NCBI GenBank assembly: GCA_000934665.2 | Contig: KZ538712.1 | Span: 1 to 52,230 of the forward strand | Reading direction: 5' to 3' | From: Catajapyx aquilonaris | Taxonomy: Eukaryota | Length of the DNA: 52,230 nt | Shown here: positions 1 to 12,323 of the stretch, one piece after another | How the letters are laid out: the number at the start of each line of letters is the position of its first letter | Numbering within the stretch: the stretch's first letter is position 1 | Translations under genes and position numbers: made by a program | The notes under the pieces: generated by a model | Database searches by the model: none | Seen by the model: the letters and a program-made list of their open reading frames with translations, nothing else | What the model was told of the DNA's origin: nothing

Positions 1-1052
1 TGAGTCCAGAGTTATTGTAATCTTTCCGACTTGTTTCAGATTCAGAGTACCCAAAAGAAATGACTTATCTTCAGACACAGGGGACAATATTTTTTTTTTC
101 CCGTTCCCATGGAATGGCAGAAGAAAGACGTCGAGGTAATTTGCACTGCCATTTCATAGATTGTACTCAGCTCCATTTTTCACTACTCATTACTCGATTT
201 TTCATTACTTGATTGTATGATGATATGCTCACCTGTTGATGCCGCTTGTTTCTAGTAGAGAATATTGTGAACTTGTAGCTGCATAAATATGGACACACAA
301 GTCAGCTTGTGGTTTTAAAAACCTTGGCTCATCCCATATTAACATTTGCAGGATGTCTTCAGGCAGTACATCATGGATGAAATTAAGGTTTGGTTTATTT
401 GGAAGAAGCCAAAGCAACTGTGGCTATCTGGCTGTAAGAAGAAGCAAAGGTGGAAGAAGCAAAGGAATTGAACGTAAATAAGGTTAACAAAAAGCCTCGC
501 CAGTCTGGATCCGTCACATTTGCTAAAGATGTAGACTCAAAGACGATCATGAAGATGAAGGTTAGTTGCCTTTGTGGGTACTGTGCAGTTTTATGGCGTG
601 CTTTGCNNNNNNNNNNNNNNNNNNNNNNNNNNNNNNNGGGCATCACCACCACCACCACCACCAACCCACCCCACCCCACACCCACCCCCCCGCGCAGGTC
701 CTCGTCGGTGTCCGTAACTCTCCGAGGCTGGGTGCAGGTGCACCCGGCCGCCCCACACTTACCCCACTCTCCGATGCGAACAGAGCAAGTATTTTTACGC
801 AAAATTTGGTCGGATTGGGGTGGCATCCGATTACAGGACCCGTGACGTCACGGTCCACAAAGGTGTGGAGTATCATGGAAAAGGCACTGATGTGGTATTA
901 GAGTAGATCCAGATGCGGCGGGTGGGGAGGGGACTCCGGAGTGGGAGTGCTATTGTTCTCCGGCGGCGTGATGAGAAGCAGATGTGCAAGGTCGCACGTG
1001 CAAAAGTCCACATTTAACTGCAGTGTCCTAATATTTCCCTATTACAGGGATA

Positions 1053-1358
1053 ATGCACACACGAATTTTAGCCTTGAGAAAGGACAGTGCTTCTCATGTC
1101 TTTGGCAGTCATGACAGATGCTCCGACTACTTCTGTGGTGGACCTGAAGTACACAAGACAGACTACAATTGGGTGTGTGACTTCGAACTTGCTGGAATTG
1201 GGCTTGACATTCAGGAATCAGTCCACAGGTTGAGTGACCATGCGAAAAGCCTCATTCACAACACATCTAACAGCCCCTGTGAAGTCTTCAACAGCGTTAC
1301 GGCGAAAGTTCTCTACCACCTTCATCCTTGCATATATGCAACCCAAATTACATCATAA
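1053..1358 (+). pseudogene. Mutator-like/Kolobok-type transposase fragment
   Basis: HVFGSHDRCSDYFC and LIHNTSNSPCEVFNS resemble the HxxC and NxxESxN motifs of this transposase class; truncated. Confidence 0.5.
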
Positions 1359-1916
1359 TGTTGCCAAATCGTGCCCGATGCATCATTTATTTAAAAAACT
1401 CCCAGCCACGGGGAGAAACACAGCAAGTTATCTCCTTAGATTGGAGACAGGCCGACAACCCCTAAGACATCGGGTAGGCACTAAGATACCTTAAAGGAAT
1501 CAGGGTGATGGATCACTATAGGCTATCACTATAGGCTACCGAAAAGACGCAGCTCCAAAGTACAATTGGTTAAAACAACTGGACAAGGAACTGCACAGGT
1601 TTGGGCCTTCGGTATATAATTATTTAACTTCGGATGACAATTGGTGTAGAAAAATAGTTAGTCTGAAGCAAACTATGCACGGAGGTCGCAAACGACAACC
1701 AGACTTAAAATCTCAAAAACAAATTTCAGTAAGTTTGGCTTATAATCGGAGAACAGATAAACCTAACAAGAATGTTAGCATGCCTACGATTGGGGGCTCG
1801 GTGTATGCCACTGGGAAAGGAAAATTAATATCAGCCTGGAGGAGAACTGTAGCGTATGCTATCGAGGTAACAAAGGGAACTGGTTTCACTTATGGTGGGA
1901 ATGCAAATTGTTCGAA

Positions 1917-2020
1917 GGAGGGAGAGGGAGACGGAGGGAGAGGGAGACGGAGGGAGAGGCAGACGGAGGGAGAGGCAGACGGAGGGAGAGGCAGACAGAG
2001 GGAGAGGCAGACGGAGGGAG
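1917..2020. repeat. GA-rich minisatellite, ~16-bp unit GAGGGAGAGGCAGACG
   Basis: Degenerate tandem copies seen directly. Confidence 0.9.
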
Positions 2021-2029
2021 GATTTCGCT

Positions 2030-2690
2030 GAATTTGATAGGGACAACTTATGGAGGGCCCGAGCTGTAAAGTTCCCTACCAGCTTGATGATTTGGGGGTG
2101 TATTGGGTACCGATGTCCAGGAAAACTCCCCTTCGTGTCGGGGACCTTCAACGCATTGGCGTACAGTGTTGGTCATAAATCGAGGCAACTGCCAGCGACA
2201 TTTTCCGAAGCGGCAGAAGAAGGAATCGAAGATAAGCACACTTACAAGCCGGGGGAGCAAGATTCCTTCTTCGGAAAATGTCGCTGGCGGTTGCCTCGAT
2301 ATATGACCAATACTGTACCAAGCCATTTTGGAGGAGAAGCTTCTCCCTTCAATCTCTACACTGCATCCAGAAGGAGAGTACATCTTTCAGCAAGATGGAG
2401 CATCCTGCCACACAGCAAAAACCACGAAACGGTGGCTGGAGCAGCACGAAAATTCATGTACTGCCGAACTGGCTCCCCAACAACCCCGATTTAAACCCGA
2501 TCGAAAGTGTATATGGCGGATTATGAAGAAAAGACTGGGGCACCTCCGTCCACGAAACAAGAAGTCATTAAGCTGTATCACAGAGGCTTGGGACAGTATT
2601 TCCCCTGAGAATTGTGTGCAGAGCTGCTGGCGTCCATGCCTTCCCGCATTGAAGCAGCTATTGCTGCGAAGGGTGACGCAACGCGGTTTT
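2030..2690 (+). pseudogene. Tc1/mariner transposase relic (frameshifted)
   Basis: VKFPTSLMIWGCI, YIFQQDGASCHTAK and WLPNNPDLNPIE motifs spread over several frames; internal duplication at ~2160-2220 / 2265-2330. Confidence 0.85.
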
Positions 2691-3630
2691 AAATGGACCT
2701 GTTCCAACTGTTTTGAAGCGGTCCGCGCGGAGCCATACACTTGTGAAACAGTCCGCAAAAGTACGTAAGTGTAAATTTCTCAAATGATAAAACTTTTAAA
2801 TAAAAATATATTCCACTCCAGCTTCTCTATGTTGTTCCATTTACTTTTGCAATAGGGTTGTATTTCTTATGGGCCTGATTATCGGAAAACTTGAACGGCA
2901 ACTAGAAATCAGGGTGTAATCATCTTTAAGCTGATGACATCTCCTTAGGTACATTATACGTTTTTTCCTTGAAGCCCGACGACATGACATTGTAAGGTCA
3001 TTCAACTTTGCAAACAGGGGTCCTGGTGTACGGATGAAATTGAAATGTTCTGTCACATTCAAACACCAGTAGACTCGCCAGATCTAATATCAGTAGCGGA
3101 ACTTCACATCCAAATGCAAGGGGTTGTGGAATGAAATAGAAATAGGGCGGCCTTTTCCAAATCTTTAAAGCCGCTATGTGTACTGTATACACTTTAAGTA
3201 CATAATGTCAATTTCCAGTATTCCTGGAGCAAACTTTGCTGCATTGTGCACGGCAACTGAATAAAACTGTAATACACGGACTTATTCCCGCTGTTTTAGT
3301 ATGTGTGGCAATTCAGTACAAGGATCATTATAAATTTACATGCATATTTGATGTCCTGAAAGTGGCATATTATTTCCTTGTCAGCCTCGGAGCTGCGTTG
3401 CTATACTATGACCTCTGAAAATAAAATCTAATTTACTCATATGTATTAAATTAGTTTCAGCAAGACATCTGGCCACCATAAATTGCAATAAAATTACATT
3501 TTCCAAAATGGTACATATTTTTCCCCCCAAAATATCTTCTACCCCAACAACCAATTCCTTTCAGCCTGAATTAAGCCAAATTGAGCCAAAATCTGTGCGG
3601 TTGTGGCCTATCTGGTAGCGAAGGGGTTAA

Positions 3631-3960
3631 GAACTTGGCTAAGCTGTGCATGTTAAGTGCTTGGTTGCTGAATGATGCCCCCAAGTCAGTGACAAAAATT
3701 GAATTGTTCTTTCCAGTCAGGGGTCACTCCTACATCGATCCTGATTGTGTCTTTGGACTGATTGAGAAGCGGCGAAGGAAAGTAAACATTGCGAAAAGAG
3801 AAGAATATGAAGATATATTTGCATGATTTGGCGCCGTCCGGCGCATTGAACGCGATTGGCCGATTAGTGACTGGAAGGAATGTGCGACCAATGTTTGTAA
3901 GAAACCTGCACAGTTTCACTTTACAATATCGGCATGCAAGCGGATTTTTAAGACCTTCTG
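3631..3960 (+). pseudogene. Sola1-like transposase C-terminal fragment
   Basis: FFPVRGHSYIDPDCVFGLIEK aligns by eye with FFLPGHTRMPCDRDFGAIER of the element at 34363-37684; preceded by a piggyBac-like end GGGG-TTAA at 3623-3630. Confidence 0.65.
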
Positions 3961-4472
3961 TTCATTTAACGTTGGGATTGGGGTGGCATAGCCTGCCCTG
4001 CCCTACAACGTCACAGGCCATTGCCGCTGTTGTGACAAAAAAAAAATCCCTTTTTTGGGGGTCAAATAACCATTACATTCTAGTGAATATTGATAATGGC
4101 TACGATTATTTCACACCCACTTTACTGCCCGCTACCAGGCCGCGACTAACAAAAAATGCTCTCGTGAAATGTTGACTTACATGGCACTTAGGTCCCTCGC
4201 CTAAAATCCTGTACTAAGGATAATTTTCTATTTCTATACGATATGGCCGCCGGTCGCATTAGTTGGAGATAATACAAGAGATGGCTCTCTCTCGCCGATA
4301 CCACCTATACCGTGTGCCTTCAAATATTATGTTCACGGAATTCATGACTTTAGTATACAACTGACTTCAACTCCTCTGCAGTCAGCTCAGGATCACCTTC
4401 AGACTCATCAACCTCAATGTCGCCACGAGCGTCCCACGAGCCATCATCACGAGGGAAATATCTCCCCAGCCG

Positions 4473-4806
4473 AGACGGAGTGGCGCCGCGGTAACGCGTG
4501 TGCCCACGGAAGTTAAGGTCCCGGGTTCAATCCCCACCCGGGGTTCCCACCTTCTTTCGTGCAGAGTGAGACCGTCTCTGGCTTCGTTTCGGGTGGCGAT
4601 CCTTTCACATATGCCACCCGGGGGAGTTCACAAAACGGCACATCAACGACATTGCACACGCACTTTGCACATCCCCTCCTACCTACCCTTGGAACACACT
4701 AAATACTATCTTAGTATACCGGTTCCACCCAAATGGTGGTATTTCCACCCCCCTAAAGGAAATGTAACTCCCAATGGGGTAATGCAAAAAAAAAAAAAAA
4801 AAAAAA
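4473..4806 (+). mobile_element. tRNA-derived SINE, full length
   Basis: Pol III A box (TGGCGCCGCGG) and B box (GGTTCAATCC); poly(A) tail ~4786-4807; target-site duplication ATCTCCCCAGCCG at 4460-4472 and 4807-4819. Confidence 0.9.
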
Positions 4807-5023
4807 ATCTCCCCAGCCGGGCTGTGTCCAGTTCCGCAAAGGGCTCGGAAGAATTCAGTATGTCCTGATTAATCCTAGTGACCTTCCTACCTTTTTGTTT
4901 CTGGTCAGGTTTGTTCTGAGCTTGAAGAAAGAGGCTGTTTAAGAAGACTCTAAGACTGAACCATGGCTACGGGAGGTGCAGGAAACGACCCTGGACACAA
5001 CTTGAATTCATGACTGGTGAACT

Positions 5024-5247
5024 TGTGACGTCCCACTCACCAGGGGGTTGGGCTAACTCAGTTCTTCCCCCCCTGGTGGGTGGGGCCCCAAGAAGGAGCC
5101 TTCTGCTCCTTCCCTTTTTGCCCTGAATAACAGTTGTAATCCAGGCCCTTTTGGGGCAAGTCCTTAATAAATACCTGTGTGTTACGGAACCTACTGTGTC
5201 TCATTGAGTATAGCCGGTAGTACAACAAAAACAACGCCAGGGTCACA
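5024..5247 (+). mobile_element. Short LTR-like element
   Basis: TGTGAC...GTCACA termini and internal AATAAA (~5166); no TSD visible. Confidence 0.45.
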
Positions 5248-5256
5248 TATGCTCAG

Positions 5257-5751
5257 GTGTTGGCTGCTTCCGGGGGTGAGGAGGACCAACCATTCCCCGT
5301 GATCAAGACGGCCACCCCCCGGGACATCTGTGAGGGGCTCAAGATACACCCCATGCCTTTTCCCTTGGGAATGCGGTCGGTGGGGACCGGATACCTGGCG
5401 GCCTCGGAGGAAGAGGAGGAGGCGTCTGGGCCTCCCATTCTTATGGAAGCTGCAGGCCCAGGGGAGCCCGTGGTGACCATCGCCACACCCGCAGCCTACC
5501 TGCGGGGTAGGCGGGACCGTCAGCGGGTGGAAAAGGAGAGGCTGGAGCAGGTGGCCAGAGAGGAGGCTCTACGTCTGGTGGGGGTGGAGGCGTCGGCTGG
5601 CGTCTCCGCCGAAGCGGCAATATCCATCCTGGCTGACACCATCGCCCGCCTGCAGCAGCAGCTGCAGGAGGCCTCGCCGAAAGATCATGAAGAGGAAGTT
5701 CCGCCGAGTGCCCAGGGAGTTGCCGGCAACGGCCAGGAAATGGACATATAG
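5257..5751 (+). CDS. Orphan 164-aa ORF with acidic and coiled-coil segments, probably TE-derived
   Basis: Uninterrupted ORF directly after the LTR-like sequence; no recognisable domain. Confidence 0.3.
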   Translation: MLAASGGEEDQPFPVIKTATPRDICEGLKIHPMPFPLGMRSVGTGYLAASEEEEEASGPPILMEAAGPGEPVVTIATPAAYLRGRRDRQRVEKERLEQVAREEALRLVGVEASAGVSAEAAISILADTIARLQQQLQEASPKDHEEEVPPSAQGVAGNGQEMDI

Positions 5752-5999
5752 TGCGGGATTGTTCCTTTTAATATTGAGGAATGTCCCCCCTCTGTTTCCT
5801 CGTGCGCACTTTCATCTCCCTTACACACACACCCCCTCCCTCCCCCTATTTTTTCCTCTATTTAATGTTAGTTTAGTTTGGTTTAGTTTATTGGGAAGAT
5901 GATCATGGTGCTGGCCCTCCTTCCAGAGGACCACATACCACGGGAGTTTAACGTAATCAAAGCCCGTGAGGACAGGGAGTGGGGCCAGCATGTGCCAGA

Positions 6000-6566
6000 T
6001 TCCTGGACTATACGATCAACTGCTGGCTGACAATGTTTTGTTTTTGGACTTGCGCGAAGGGCAAAATTCAACCTAGCTAGGTTGCCTCAAACCAGGGATG
6101 CTGCTCAGCTGCATACCATGCGTACATATATCACCAAGTTCAGGCGTGGCTAGGCATGAACAAGGACACGTTGAAGTGGGGCTAGGTAAGTACTCCGCAG
6201 GCACTCTTCCCGAATAAAGCCAAGTAGGACCCAGCTCCACATTCGATCCTTCACACCATCTCTTACGCTTGCAAGAAAGGCTGTTCTAAAGCAGGTGGGT
6301 GTCGAAAAGCAGGAATGAACTGCACTACCATTTGCAAACATTGCGATGGGCAGACCTGCGAAAATAATACACCGCCACTAGTCCTGACCTTTGGCGCGGG
6401 GGAAGAGGACGCCCTTGAAGAACCCATCGACATGCTGGGTGAAAACATAGACGAAGACGGTGATATTCAATTGGTGGACATTCTAAACACTGGCACAACA
6501 GTGGACAAAGCCATTGAAATTCCCGAAATCAATCGCGCGGGCCCTTCTAAGCGCCAAACATTGTAA
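6000..6566 (+). pseudogene. Academ-like transposon protein C-terminus with Cys-rich finger
   Basis: LPQTRDAAQLH motif followed by CRKAGMNCTTICKHCDGQTCEN; frameshifted. Confidence 0.45.
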
Positions 6567-6999
6567 ATTTCCTTGAAATTTATAAATTTACGTGCAGATT
6601 TTTATAAATTTAATTGTGTTTTACCAGGTGAATAAATCTCTTAGGATCGGGCCAACTGAGCTCATTTAATCCTCTATACACCTTGACCACCATTAATAAT
6701 ATTTCAGAGGAACATCCTGGACCAAAAACTCCCCTGCCCAAGTCAATGAGAGTGAAACGCGTCCTAAGGCATTGAAATCTTCCACGATCCTGCGCTCTTG
6801 CATGAAAAACCTCATCAATACTATATCATACAATAGGTAAAAAACTGATCACTCGATTATTATACAACCTTATCTACCTGCAATCATGTATAGCTATAAA
6901 TGTGGAAAAATATATTGAGGCGGGCATACATTATTTTAAGAGCCCCTTGTTACATTATCATTTTCATAACAGTGAAGAAAAATTATGCATGCAGAAAGT

Positions 7000-7208
7000 A
7001 TGCAAGGGGGACTTTTTACAGTTGTCGTCATGTCGTGGATGAACGAAAACGTGTGCAGAGGAAGTCCATAATGTGCAGCAAGGTGCGAAAAGTCCAGCAA
7101 AAAGCCCGCTGGTACTGCACAGGGTGCGGAAAAGACACAGTGCTGTGTGGCCCATCCACAGGTATAGAAGAAATACTAGGCCATGTGACAAGCTACGATC
7201 TGGCATGA
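7000..7208 (+). pseudogene. piggyBac-like C-terminal Cys-rich domain fragment
   Basis: SIMCSK...ARWYCTGCGKDTVLC. Confidence 0.45.
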
Positions 7209-7417
7209 TTCAGACTCTGATTCGGACGATGACATTGCGACAGCCGATTTTCCACTGCCACTTCTGCAGAAAATTTGCCTCATGAGGACACAGTGAATAC
7301 AGAAAAGGTCTCATCAACTTCAAGAGACATATGGATGCAAAAACATGTCAAATGACATTAACCTATCACATATGTGACAAATCCTTCAGACACCAACAAC
7401 ACCTTTTGGCACAAATG

Positions 7418-7525
7418 AGAAGTGGTGGGAGAGGGACGTAATGCAGGTGTGACAGGATTCAGTGGCTGGAAAACTTCACGATAACGAAGTCATTGTTTAG
7501 GAAGGTTTGTGAAAGTGTGAGGTTC
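7418..7525 (+). pseudogene. PIF/Harbinger transposase N-terminal fragment
   Basis: KWWERDV...QWLENFTITKSLFRKVC. Confidence 0.4.
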
Positions 7526-9367
7526 GGTTGGTGAGGAGACGAAGTGGAGACTTCACAGCTCTTTGGCACACTTTTCAGCAATCTCTGGAAATGTCTTTGG
7601 CCAGCCCGGAGGACCAAATTGGCATGGACGACAATGAAAACGACACAAACTATGACTCGGAATGCATACATGGAATGGGTTGCATAATTTGACAGCAGTT
7701 TCAATACAATATCTCTAACAGCAGATTGGCTAGAATACCGAGACTTCCTCCAAACAAGAGCCATCACTTATTTAGCTTGCTACCTGTTCATGCAATCCAC
7801 CAACTGTATACTTTTTTTTCATTAGTAGTGGCGCTGCTGCAATTTTGTGATATTGTTTTGTAAATTGTATGTTTGGAGTCACAAAGTCTCTCTTTTTATC
7901 TGGGCTGCTGCAGCAATCCAGTTCTTCGGACAGAAGCGGAAGACAAAGATCCACCATTTACCTTCTGAACAATGCGGCATCGGAATAAATGGGCATTGAG
8001 TGACAACTGACGTTACCTAGCTCTGATAATATAGCAATGAATGCCGAGGAACGAGATTATTATTATTATTATTTTTGCCAACCTGCATAAAACGACAATA
8101 ATTCATAGGCCTCAGGAGATTGCCTTGTGCAGAAATGTGAGGTAAAATTTGGCAGCCTCCTTAACATAATGCACTCCTATTACTAGTGCTAATTATATGC
8201 ATAAGTGTGGCACACTGGTACAATTCATATCTGTTTGAAGTCCATCACGACACGTTTTGACAATATACAGTAAACCCATCAACACTTTAAATGATATATT
8301 ATCTCTCTCCCATTACATTTGGACTTCTAGCTATATTGCAGTGCACGCAAGGATGGATTTCTGTCCGATGAGGTAGAGAGTGAATTCGAGGGCTCCGTGC
8401 TGTATTGTCGTAACTCCAATTTTGGTGCAATTTGAGTTAGCAATATCATAATGTCGTATCTGCTCCAACCTACATGCTGGCAAAATCGCAGGAGTAACGA
8501 TACTGTTGGTTCTGAGATACTGAGTGTCACTTTTGTCGTATCTCCTATTCAACCAGAGATGATGGCGCGCACATTGTTGTAACTCCATAATGTCAACAAG
8601 GTGGACACTGCCATTCACAAGGTGGCTATCATGACAAAGGTGGGGACACGTAGGCCACGCTACCATAACGAGGTAGTGAATTTGCACCATCTAGTATCTG
8701 CACCAGTCAAGCCCATAGACCCATTAAAAATCAGAGATACCAGGGGCTGCTTCAAATATTTTGAACCAGTACATAAGGATTGTTGGAATGCCCTGTTCAA
8801 GAGTCCAAGAGAATCAACGCCTTTCTGGTAAACAGTAAAGACTGTAATATCATCTTCAATGTAACCTGTATCATTCACTATTATAATTATATTAAGGACC
8901 TCAGTTTCTTTCAGGTTTTTTGAGCTGCAGAGATTAAGAGTGTACTGGCTGAATAATTTTATTGTGAGAAATAATGTTTCGTATTTATATTTTAGCTGTG
9001 GCTGATCTTTGCTTATGGTAAAAAATCATGTCAAGATTATTCAGAACAATAATTTATTATTCAATTGTTCTTGTGTGTGGTAATGGAAATTTAAAAAGGA
9101 AATATAGAAAATAATGAACAGATACGTGCAGTATGTTGTACAATCAGCACAATGAGTAATCTTCTAGGAAATGAAAAAATAATGCCTTAATGAGTGAATG
9201 AATAATGACATGCATGTGAAAGTAAAAGTTCAACTCCGAGGCAGACACATTATACTGCAGTCAAAACCTTAACTTCAACCGAACCAAGAATTCATCATCT
9301 GGTTACAACTCGCGGGCTGAGAATCATCTTCGGTTATCTCCACTTCACAAAATGACCAATATGAGAT

Positions 9368-9508
9368 TTGCACTTGCACTTTGCACATCCCCTCCTACTT
9401 CCCTAATTGTGAATGAACTTAGTAATGTAATTACACACACGGTTCACACATGGTGGTATTCCACCCCCCCCCCCCGACAAGCCAGACAGGCTATCAAGGG
9501 GTAGGATT
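9368..9508 (+). mobile_element. Truncated 3' part of the SINE family seen at 4473
   Basis: Shares GCACTTTGCACATCCCCTCCTAC and ATGGTGGTATT(T)CCACCCCCC with the 4650-4755 region. Confidence 0.7.
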
Positions 9509-9518
9509 NTTTTTTAAA

Positions 9519-10644
9519 TCTACTTAACCTTAATTAGGCCTCTAATGTCAACACAATGTCACTAATGCGTCACTTTTTAGAAGCTGGCACACAGGAAGCT
9601 GGCAGCCACTCACCCCCAGTTCCTGGAAGGCTGCACCCAGCTAAGAAGGACAAGTATGCGACTCTGCTCTATGCAGAGATTATGAGCTCCGAGGAGGCAG
9701 GTGAAGAAGGAAGGCCTCCAAGGAAAATGTTTCTGACCAAAAAAATTAATTGGCGGAATGAAAAGGCGGAGAGAATGCTGGCGAAATTGGACAATTTTCA
9801 TTATCAAAATTGCACAACAAAAAGAGGGAGGGCACTCTTGGTAGAAAGGAGAACTGGGGAGGGGGTGTCCGTTCGGGATGTACCCAATAATGTGAACATC
9901 AAGTGGGCAATAAAAAAAAGCTTGAAAAACATTCGGATGATTTATGACAATGTCACTTTCCCTTGATCCATAATCCTAATTGATCATTATTTTTTTAACA
10001 AAGTTCTAATATTATCAATCAAGTTTGCAGCAGTGTACAATACATGCATTCTCATAGGCCTATCAAGTCGATTAATTTAGAATTTAAAAAACTACCAGTA
10101 AAGATTTGTGAATTTATTTCCGACTTATCAGGAGAGGAGGCCATATCCCCTGATCATCTCAAATGAAAATAGCTTCTTGGTGGCTGGCAACTGATGTCTC
10201 TGGTCATCTCTCAGCAGACAGCAGGTAATAAGTAACAAATCACATTGATATTGAAGATAATTTTGAAAAAGATTTGAACCATTTTTAAAGCAATTTAAAC
10301 GTGCCAATAAAGGCGCAAAATGAGGCATTTCAGCGCGAAAGGTCACATTTCGAGTACCTATATATGGTGCCAGTAAAGGCGCAAAAGGGGACATTATTTT
10401 CAGGTACCTATACCTGGCCAACCTAAAGGAGTAACAGGATAGCTATCACGTACCTGTATGTGGTGGCAGTAAAGGCGTAAGAGGACACCTTTCATATGCC
10501 CCTACATGGTCCCATTAAAGGTGTAACAGGCCGCCTTTCATGTTACTATGCGTACCTAGACGGATCTGTACATGGCTGGTAAAGGTGTGATAGGTCTTAC
10601 TTCATGTGCCTTGACTAAGTAATATAGCCATGGAAAGGTACCTT
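9519..10644 (+). mobile_element. CACTA/EnSpm 3' region, copy 1 (accessory ORF 9556-9966 plus subterminal repeats)
   Basis: Near-duplicate of 11073-12121; MSSEE...INWR...LD ORF; repeated AAAGG(C/T)G motifs. Confidence 0.7.
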
Positions 10645-11072
10645 AGCATAATTAACTAATGTTGCTAAAAAAATGCTCCAGTCTATCTGCAACCCAAGTG
10701 TATGGGAATTTAGCTGTGCTCACGGTCAGAAAATAGGAATTATTCACGCTCATTACACAGTCAGTTGTTGAAAATACATGTAGCATGTGAGTTTCAATGT
10801 GGAAGCACTGTGTGTGTGCAATTCCAAGAAATGTAAGACATAAATGGAAATGGAACACTCCACAAATGTACCCGGTAGCAGAAAAACAGGATTTTATAAT
10901 AACACCTTGAACTAACTTGGCGATCGTTGAGAAAGTAGTTTTTTCTTTTCTTTTTGATAACGAGAAATTGTAAGAATTTTGTAAGAAATATAACGCATAA
11001 AATTTGTAATACTGTATATACAGTTTTCATTTAATTGTTTCATATTCCAATATTAACTAGTGCTCTCTATAT

Positions 11073-12323
11073 TCTACTTCACCTTAATTAGGCCTCTAAT
11101 GTCAACACAATGCCACTAATGTGTCACTTTTTAGAAGCTGGCCCGCCGGAAGCTGGCAGCCACCCATCCCCAGTTCCTGGAAGGGTGCAGTCCAGCGAAG
11201 AAGGCCAAGTACGAATCCCTGCTCCAACAGGAATTGATGAGCTCCGAGGAGAGTACCGAGGAGGAAGGGGAAGAAGGAAGGCCGCCTAAAAAAATATTTC
11301 CGACGAAAAAAATTGATTGGAGCCATGAGAGGGCAGGGAGGATGCTCATGAAGCTGGACACCTTCCACTACAACCATTGCACGACAAAAAGAGGGAGGGC
11401 ACTTTTAATAGAAAGACGGACTGGGGAGGATGTATCAGTCCGGGCTGTCCCCAGGAATGTCGCCATGTGGACAATAAAAGAAGCTTGAAAAACATTAGGA
11501 TGATATATGACAATGTCACTTTCCCTTGATCCATATTCCTCATTGATCATTATTTTTTTAACAAAGCTCTAATATTATAAATTAAGTTTAGCAGTGTACA
11601 GTACATGCATTCTCACATCAAGTAGATTAATTTAGAATTTAAAAAACTACCAGTAAAGATCTGTGAATTTATTTCCGACTTCTCAGGAGGCCATTCCCCT
11701 GATCATCTCAAATTAAAATAGCTTATTGGTGGCTGACAACTATGTCTGGTCTTCTCTCAGCAGATCGCGGGTAATAAGTAACAAATCACCATTGATATTG
11801 AAAATAATTATGAAAAAGATTGGAACCATTTTAAAGCAATTTAAACGTGCCAAATAAAGACGCAAAAGGGGACATTTCATGTACCTATACATGGCCAACC
11901 TAAAGGAGTAACAGGATAGCTATCACGTACCTGTATGTGGTGGCAGTAAAGGCGTAAGAGGACACCTTTCATATGCCCCTACATGGTCCCATTAAAGGTG
12001 TAACAGGCCGCCTTTCACGTTACTATGCGTACCTAGACGGAACTGTACGCGGCTGGTAAAGGTGTGATAGGCCATACTTCATGTGCCTTGACTAAGTAAT
12101 ATAGCCATGGAAAGGTACCTTTCCGTGGGAAATGAAAGGTGTTATAGCAAGCCTGCATGTACCATAATGTACTCGAGAAAGGTACTTAAAGCTGATATAT
12201 CCAAATTGTAAAGTTGATGTAAACGTGCCTGTCCATGGCTATAATGTACCTCAAATACTGTATACCTATTACGTGCCTTTCTTGGGAAGGATAGGCTTAG
12301 AAAGGCATACATTTTTCCTAGTG
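11073..12323 (+). mobile_element. CACTA/EnSpm 3' end, copy 2, with terminal inverted repeat
   Basis: Ends ATTTTTCCTAGTG (reverse complement CACTAGGAAAAAT) at 12323; ORF 11234-11488; subterminal repeats. Confidence 0.8.

Noticed and set aside
566..901. Poly-His ORF
   Set aside because: Low-complexity (CAC)n next to an N-gap
1675..2494. Arg/Glu/Gly-rich ORFs
   Set aside because: Translations of the GA-rich minisatellite joined to a Tc1 relic
4473..4545. tRNA gene
   Set aside because: A and B boxes are present, but a long body, poly(A) tail and TSD identify a SINE head
10290..12300. CRISPR-like repeat array
   Set aside because: Short degenerate AAAGG-type motifs with irregular spacing next to a CACTA TIR, in a eukaryotic context with no cas genes
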